DNA of 64,000 bases from an uncultured Gemmatimonadales bacterium (GTDB taxonomy: Bacteria > Gemmatimonadota > Gemmatimonadetes > Longimicrobiales > Longimicrobiaceae), in assembly GCA_963716255.1 (NCBI GenBank), contig OY970303.1:3328001-3392000 (forward strand), given 5' to 3'. Under the pieces are notes generated by a model. It saw only the letters and a list, made by a program, of their open reading frames with translations, did not search any database and had not been told where the DNA came from. Positions 58,547-64,000 of this stretch are shown piece by piece. The position numbers were made by a program, and so were the translations under genes. Each line of letters opens with the position of its first letter. The first letter of the stretch is position 1.

Positions 58547-60492
58547 TTTAACGCTCAGTCGATCCTTCTGGACCTTCGTTACACGGGGTCGGATCTACGC
58601 GGAATATTCAGCAAGAAACTGATGGAGCTCCGTGGCACCTTCCCGGACGCTTTCCGGGATCAGACGAATGACAATCCGATCCCCGCATTTCTGGGAACGG
58701 CTACTCTGGACCACTCAACCGTTGTTGATGTTAATGGCCGGCCCTACCAAGAGGACGTGTTCGAATACTTGCGGCGTCACACACGTGGACGGCCGAGGGA
58801 ACTGGACCTCTTAGGCCACGAACTGCAGATGATTCCAGCGAACTGGCGTACGCCCGAGGCTATTCGTGACCTGGTCCAGGGGCTCAGTCATCGGTTTTTC
58901 AAATTTGCCAAGAACGAGGCGGTCCCGTTCTGGGATCCCATGCTTGACGACCTGTTGCACCGCGTGCCTTCCAACTTCATGGCACGATCTGCGGCGGAGG
59001 ATATGACCAAGAAGGCATTTGGCCCAGATGCCATTAGAACGTTGTGGGGAGCATTATACACGAACGGACTCAGTGGTGCCGTAATCAAAACTCATCCCAA
59101 CAAGCTGGTGCAGCGGTTCGCCAACCACGATCGTGTTGCGGAACTCAACGAGGAGGATTTTCGATCATCATCAATCTGGGTGCTACACCCTTGCGTGAAC
59201 ATTGCAACACTGGCACGGCGTCTCAAGTACCGGCCGAATAAGCATAATGTCGCGGGGCATGAATATAGGTTCATACTGACGCCTAAGCCTGTGAAGAACC
59301 ACGTTCACGTGCTGGTCGGGGCTGGCCGACTTGGGCTTGGACTCGTGGCTCCAATGATATTAGCTACTCCGCGCACGAGATTGGTAGTGGCATCCAGGCA
59401 CTCGGATTCGTGGGCCCCTCTTCTGAGCAGGTTAAGGCCGACGGACCCGGTGCCACTGCAGGTTAGGTTTCCCAAGCCGAGTGGTACGAAGCCGGCTGAT
59501 GTATTTACTACCGGCATGCGGTTTGTCACCGATGGGTACCCGGGCTGGGAGAAGGAACTGCGTAAGGCGATCCAGCAGTCTCGTTGTGTCATGTGCCTTT
59601 ATTCCGAAGAGGATTCGCTGAAGGAAATCGTTTCGATCGGGGACTCGATCGGTGTATCGGTGGGGGCAAAAGCTCTGGAACCGGTCGTGTCAGCGATAGC
59701 GGGCTGCAATGCCAAAGCGAAAATTGTAATTGCGTATGAGAACGACGAACAAGCAGTTGACCGTGCTGCCCGGGTCCTGATGCCCGCAGGCCTCACCTTG
59801 GTACCTACCGTTGTCGATCGGATCTGCGTCAGCCGTGAGATTGGACGTGAGTCGGTGGTGGTTAAAGCGGAGGAGTACGGGCACATTACTGCATTTGTTC
59901 AGACGAGGCATATTAAGTCATTGCCTCCTATGTTTCTCGACGAGCGCCAGAGCAGCGTACGTTTCGTGACGAATCAATCCGACTTCGAGTATGAACGTAC
60001 ACGGAAGAGGCGGTTGGTCAATTCGATGCACTCGGCGGCGGCTGCGCTGGTTCAGGTGGCACTGAAAGACTCGGGCGCGAAGCCTGAGACAGCGAACGAC
60101 ATGCTTCTCGGTCTGATCGCGAACAACATGGACATACATAGCCAGCTTGTTGGTTTGAAGGAGCTTATGATACTTTCGGTGTTGGGAACTATGGACCCAG
60201 ATCGCCTGCGGGGAGCACAGCTTCAGGAACTCATTAGCGAGCTCAACACCTACGCCGACGAGTCCCTCATGCGAATCATGAATGGTACTGACGCACCATC
60301 CCGCGTGCTCCAGCTCACGAGCGAGGCGCTCGCAAAAAAGTATCGTACCCTCTTCGAAGGTGTCCCGGAACTCGTCGAGCGAGCCCTGCGGTCCGAGGCC
60401 GTAGCTGCTGCGCTCCCGATGCCTGCTGCCGCAGTTAAGGCACGGTTGGGTCTACTGGACACCGCATTCGCAAGGCTCTTTTCGGCTGCCGC

Positions 60493-61287
60493 CTAGCAGT
60501 CCCCTCGGGCAGGGACGCCGTCCCCGATCTGGAACTCGTACGCCGCCTCCGTCCAGCCGCCCTGGCCGGGCGCGGCCGTCCGCTCCACGAAGCGCACCCG
60601 CCCGTCGCGCCCCACCAGCAGCACCGTGGAGGCGCGCGTGCCGTAGTCCGGCGTGCGGATGAAGGGCGGCGAGAGCACCCGCTCGCGCTCCAGCCCCACC
60701 CCCGTGTCGGGGAGGGCGGCGTCCGGGGCGGGCTCCGCGTCCCACAGGACGCGGAAGAGGGCTTCCGGGTCCACCTCCCCGCCGGCGGCCAGCGCCGCCG
60801 CGAGCCCCGCCTTTCCCCGCGCCACCTTGGGCCAGGGCGTGTCCAGCAGCGCGTTGCTCAGCCCGTACACCCCGGGCTCCAGCACGCGCGCCGCGCCGCC
60901 GCGGTTGCCGAGCCAGCGCAGGTCGCCGCCCTCGCCCACCAGCAGGTTGAAGCCCGCGTACTCCCCCGCGCGGGCGGCGAGCGCGCGCAGGTACGCCCCC
61001 GGCGCGTCGGCGCCGCGCAGGAAGCCGCCCGCCAGGTGGCCGCGCGAGGGGGCGTCCGGCGCCACGGGCGCCGTCTCGCGGAAGTTGGTCACCGCGGCGA
61101 AGCGTCCCCCGCGGGTGACGCCCAGCCAGGTGCCGCCGCCGCGCAGGTCGCGCCCCGCGAGCACCTCCGGCGCGTCCGGCCACCAGTCGGCGGGCGCGGT
61201 GGGGCGCGCGTAGAGCTCGTCGCGGTTGGCGGCCACCACCAGGCGATGGCGCGGGTGGGCGTCGTGGGCGAGCAGGATCAGGCACAT
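60493..61287 (-). CDS. NRDE/TANGO2 family protein
   Basis: MCLI, AANRDE, GGTWLG, VTNFR, SRG.L, LSN.LLDTPWPK, YGTR. Confidence 0.93.
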   Translation of the reverse strand: MCLILLAHDAHPRHRLVVAANRDELYARPTAPADWWPDAPEVLAGRDLRGGGTWLGVTRGGRFAAVTNFRETAPVAPDAPSRGHLAGGFLRGADAPGAYLRALAARAGEYAGFNLLVGEGGDLRWLGNRGGAARVLEPGVYGLSNALLDTPWPKVARGKAGLAAALAAGGEVDPEALFRVLWDAEPAPDAALPDTGVGLERERVLSPPFIRTPDYGTRASTVLLVGRDGRVRFVERTAAPGQGGWTEAAYEFQIGDGVPARGDC

Positions 61288-61431
61288 GGGCTTCGGGCGC
61301 TCCGGGAGCGGGACTTGCAGCGGGGCTGTGCCCCCGTACCCCGAACGCGGACCGGGGATCGGAGTATCAAGGCGCGCGGGCGCCCCGCCCGCCACCCCGG
61401 ACCACCTCCCGCACGCCAGGACCCGACGCCC

Positions 61432-62241
61432 ATGCTGCACCACAAGACCTTCGTCCTGGGCCCGGACCACGAGTGGGTGGTGTTCGTGCACGGCGCGGGC
61501 GGGAGCTCGTCCATCTGGTACCGGCAGCTGCGCGAGTTCCGCAAGCACTTCAACCTGCTCCTCATCGACCTGCGCGGGCACGGCGCGTCGCAGTCCCCGG
61601 TTCCCACCCGCGACGCCGACGGGAGGCGCTACACCTTCCACGAGGTGACCTCCGAGATCCTGGAGGTCATGGACCACCTGGAGATCCGCTCCGCGCACTT
61701 CGTGGGGATCTCGCTGGGCACCATCCTCATCCGCACCCTGGGGGAGATCGCCCCGGAGCGAATCCGCAGCATGGTGCTGGGCGGGGCCATCACCCGCCTC
61801 ACCTTCCGCTCGCGCTTCCTGGTGCACGCGGGGACGGCGGTACGGCGCGTGGTGCCGTTCATGTGGCTGTACCGGCTCTTCGCCTGGATCATCATGCCCA
61901 GGCCGCGCCACCGCGAGTCGCGCCTGCTGTTCGTGAACGAGGCCCGCAAGCTGGCGCGCAAGGAGTTCCTGCGCTGGTGGCGCCTCACCCAGGAGGTGAA
62001 CCCGCTGCTGCGCTTCTTCGAGGAGAAGGAGCTTCCCATCCCCACCCTGTACCTGATGGGCGAGGAGGACCACATGTTCCTCCCGCCCGTGCGGCACATC
62101 GTGTCACGCCACCGGCACAGCCGGCTCCAGGTGCTGGAGGACTCCGGGCACGTGTGCAACGTGGACCAGGCCGACCTCTTCAACCGCTTCGCCATCGACT
62201 TCATGAAGCGCGGCCTCGCCGTGCAGCCCGGCGCCGCCTGA
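61432..62241 (+). CDS. Alpha/beta hydrolase
   Basis: FVHGAGG, DLRGHG, GISLG, GEED, GHVCN. Confidence 0.92.
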   Translation: MLHHKTFVLGPDHEWVVFVHGAGGSSSIWYRQLREFRKHFNLLLIDLRGHGASQSPVPTRDADGRRYTFHEVTSEILEVMDHLEIRSAHFVGISLGTILIRTLGEIAPERIRSMVLGGAITRLTFRSRFLVHAGTAVRRVVPFMWLYRLFAWIIMPRPRHRESRLLFVNEARKLARKEFLRWWRLTQEVNPLLRFFEEKELPIPTLYLMGEEDHMFLPPVRHIVSRHRHSRLQVLEDSGHVCNVDQADLFNRFAIDFMKRGLAVQPGAA

Positions 62242-62323
62242 CCGCGCGGCGCCGCCGCACGCCCCTTGCAGCGAGAAACACCCGTCCCCGTCCGCAGCAT
62301 CCAACTCCATCCGGCCGTTCTAC

Positions 62324-62791
62324 ATGCCCGCGCTGATCCCCGGACCGCCGTACCCGTTCCGCCTCCGCAACTCGCGCATCCATGGGCGCGGGGCCTTCGC
62401 CACCCAGTTCATCCCGGCGGGAACGCGCATCATCGAGTACAAGGGCGAGCGCATCACCAACGAGATGGCGGACCTCCGCTATCCCGACACCGCCGAGAAG
62501 GCGCACCACACCTTTTTGTTCTCCATCGACGACGAGGTGGTGGTGGACGCCGCGTACCGGGGGAACGCCTCGCGGTGGATCAACCACTCGTGCAACCCCA
62601 ACTGCGACGCCATCATCGACGACGGGCGCATCTTCATCGAAGCCGTCCGCGACATCCGGCCGGGCGAGGAGCTGGTCTACGACTACAACTTCATCCTGGA
62701 GGAGCGGCACACCCCGGCGATGAAGCGGCGTTATCCCTGCCACTGCGGGGCGCCCAACTGCCGCGGGACCATACTCGCCAAGAAGCGCTGA
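62324..62791 (+). CDS. SET-domain protein-lysine methyltransferase with post-SET cysteines
   Basis: IHGRG.FA, EY.GE, RWINHSCNPN, GEELVYDY, CHCG..NCRG. Confidence 0.93.
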   Translation: MPALIPGPPYPFRLRNSRIHGRGAFATQFIPAGTRIIEYKGERITNEMADLRYPDTAEKAHHTFLFSIDDEVVVDAAYRGNASRWINHSCNPNCDAIIDDGRIFIEAVRDIRPGEELVYDYNFILEERHTPAMKRRYPCHCGAPNCRGTILAKKR

Positions 62792-62816
62792 CGTCCTGAA
62801 CTGATACGGCGGGTTC

Positions 62817-62950
62817 GGGCGTGCCCCCGGCTGGCGCCGGGGTCGGGCTTCGGCTCCGTAAGCCCGCAAACGACGCGGGCTAACGGAGTCGAGCCCCGGC
62901 GGAAACCGCCCCGCCGGGTCTCGACCCTCCGGGCCGAAATCCCTCACGCG
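62817..62950 (+). repeat. Structured ~130-bp dispersed repeat, copy 9 (followed by REP-like hairpins at 62976-63118)
   Basis: Inner stem AGCCCGC/GCGGGCT. Confidence 0.92.
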
Positions 62951-63621
62951 GGGCTCGCGCTGGCGTCCGCGAGGGCCCCCTCCCCAACCCCTCCCCCGCA
63001 AGCGGGAGAGGGGCTTTTCTCGTGCGTCTGGCAGGCGGCGGGCTGGCGTCCGTGGGGGAGGGCTTTCCGTGCTTCGGCCCTGTCGTGCCGTTCTCCCCTC
63101 CCCCTTGCGGGGAGGGGTCGTCGTCGTCGTGCTCCCCTCTCCCCGCGGAATCTGGTCTGTTCTCCTCATGTCCGATGGGTGTGGCACGACTTTGTGGCGG
63201 AAGTGCCGCGGAATTCACGCCACACTGGGGAAGGAGTGTCCCACCCCTTTCGGGCCGGGCTTCCAAAACGGATGTCGGCCCCGAATGGCGGTAAATACGC
63301 CCCTGGCTTTTCACTCGCTGGAGCAAAAAACCCAGCTCCCGGAACGGTTGTAGTCCGCCGGAGGGCCCGGACGCGGCGGTGCGCGAGTTGCCGTCGGGGG
63401 CCACCCGGTGCCCGGCGGAAGGCGCCGTCCGTCGCCCTAATCTACCGGGCGCGGGCGACGCGGCTCCGCGCACCGAGTCCATGGCGTTCCCGACCACCGG
63501 ATCTGCCACTCCCGGCCCCCAAAAGGGGCCGGAGCGGCTTCCCGTCGTCCTCCGCCGCACGTCCGTCCCGGGGCCGAAACAGGCGGGCCCCGGCCCCTCC
63601 GCCCCCAGAACGGAGAGCCAC

Positions 63622-64000
63622 ATGCCGTCCGCGCTGACCTACCCGGGTGTCTACATCGAGGAGGTGCCGAGCGGCGTCCGCTCCATCAGCGGCGTCAGCA
63701 CCTCGGTGACCGCCTTCATCGGAGCCGCGAAGCGCGGACCGGTGAACAAGGCGGTCCGCATCCAGAGCTTCGCCGAGTTCGAGCGCCGCTTCGGCGGGCT
63801 GGACCCGGGATCGGAGATGAGCTACGGGGTGCGGCAGTTCTTCGCCAACGGCGGCAGCGACGCCTGGGTGGTGCGCGTGGCCAAGGGCGCCAGCCCGGCG
63901 CAGAAGACCCTCGCCGCCGTGGGCGGCGGCAGCGCGCTGCTGGTCAAGGCGCGCGACGAGGGGGCGAGCGGCAACGCCGTCCACGTGGCGGTGGAGTCGT
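63622..64000 (+). CDS. Contractile tail sheath protein, N-terminal part (runs off the window)
   Basis: Hand translation MPSALTYPGVYIEEVPSGVRSISGVSTSVTAFIG.AKRGP...SFAEFERRFGG...FFANGG..AWVVRV; GGAG RBS; absent from the ORF track. Confidence 0.92.
   Translation, partial: MPSALTYPGVYIEEVPSGVRSISGVSTSVTAFIGAAKRGPVNKAVRIQSFAEFERRFGGLDPGSEMSYGVRQFFANGGSDAWVVRVAKGASPAQKTLAAVGGGSALLVKARDEGASGNAVHVAVES

Larger units (their letters stand above)
56117..60496 (+). pseudogene. P-loop ATPase (Sll1717/FunZ-like) fused to a mannitol-1-phosphate-dehydrogenase-like domain, disrupted by an IS
   Basis: GLKGTGKT, FVDNID, RHT.GRPREL; C-terminal GAGRLG, AYEN, VVDRIC, RK..LVN..H; removing the IS restores ..TAFNAQSILL.. 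and a 900-aa ORF. Confidence 0.85.

Noticed and set aside
62324..62791. SET-domain protein as an eCIS effector
   Set aside because: It follows a hydrolase gene and is separated from the sheath gene by ~830 bp containing repeats; adjacency alone is not evidence.
4451..62950. The ~130-bp repeats as integron attC sites or CRISPR repeats
   Set aside because: They are dispersed in both orientations among housekeeping genes, lack consistent RYYYAAC/GTTRRRY ends, and no integrase is present.
63182..63197. Sigma54 promoter TGGCACGACTTTGTG upstream of the sheath gene
   Set aside because: The -12 GC is missing at the required spacing.

Overview
Very GC-rich bacterial chromosomal segment. The gene content (DUF2723, carboxypeptidase-regulatory-domain lipoproteins, LytTR pairs, PadR) suggests Gemmatimonadota/Longimicrobium-like origin; this is inference only. 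About 50 CDS are supported, running from the 3' end of nadE to the 5' end of a contractile tail-sheath gene, plus one tRNA-Asp. All family calls come from motif recognition by eye, without database searches. Highlights: (1) a lasso-like but cyclase-less RiPP cluster at 10.2-15.7 kb: PqqD/RRE, HPr-kinase-like protein, nucleotidyltransferase-B2 peptidase fusion, an 860-aa HEXXH lipoprotein and an uncalled 66-aa precursor with a YxxPxLxxxG...T leader and a QQT core; (2) nine copies of a ~130-bp multi-helix repeat whose inner 7-bp stem has six different, perfectly compensated sequences, often beside REP-like hairpins; (3) a lower-GC island with a 900-aa P-loop ATPase/mannitol-1-phosphate-dehydrogenase-like fusion split by an intact IS1380-family element; (4) a metallophosphoesterase-STAND NTPase-TPR gene with three 201-bp tandem repeats; (5) readable regulatory sites: a shared Rrf2 box, CarH-type direct repeats, a DnaA box abutting a -35, and a sigma54 motif; (6) three gene remnants or pseudogenes. 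No CRISPR array or rRNA was seen.
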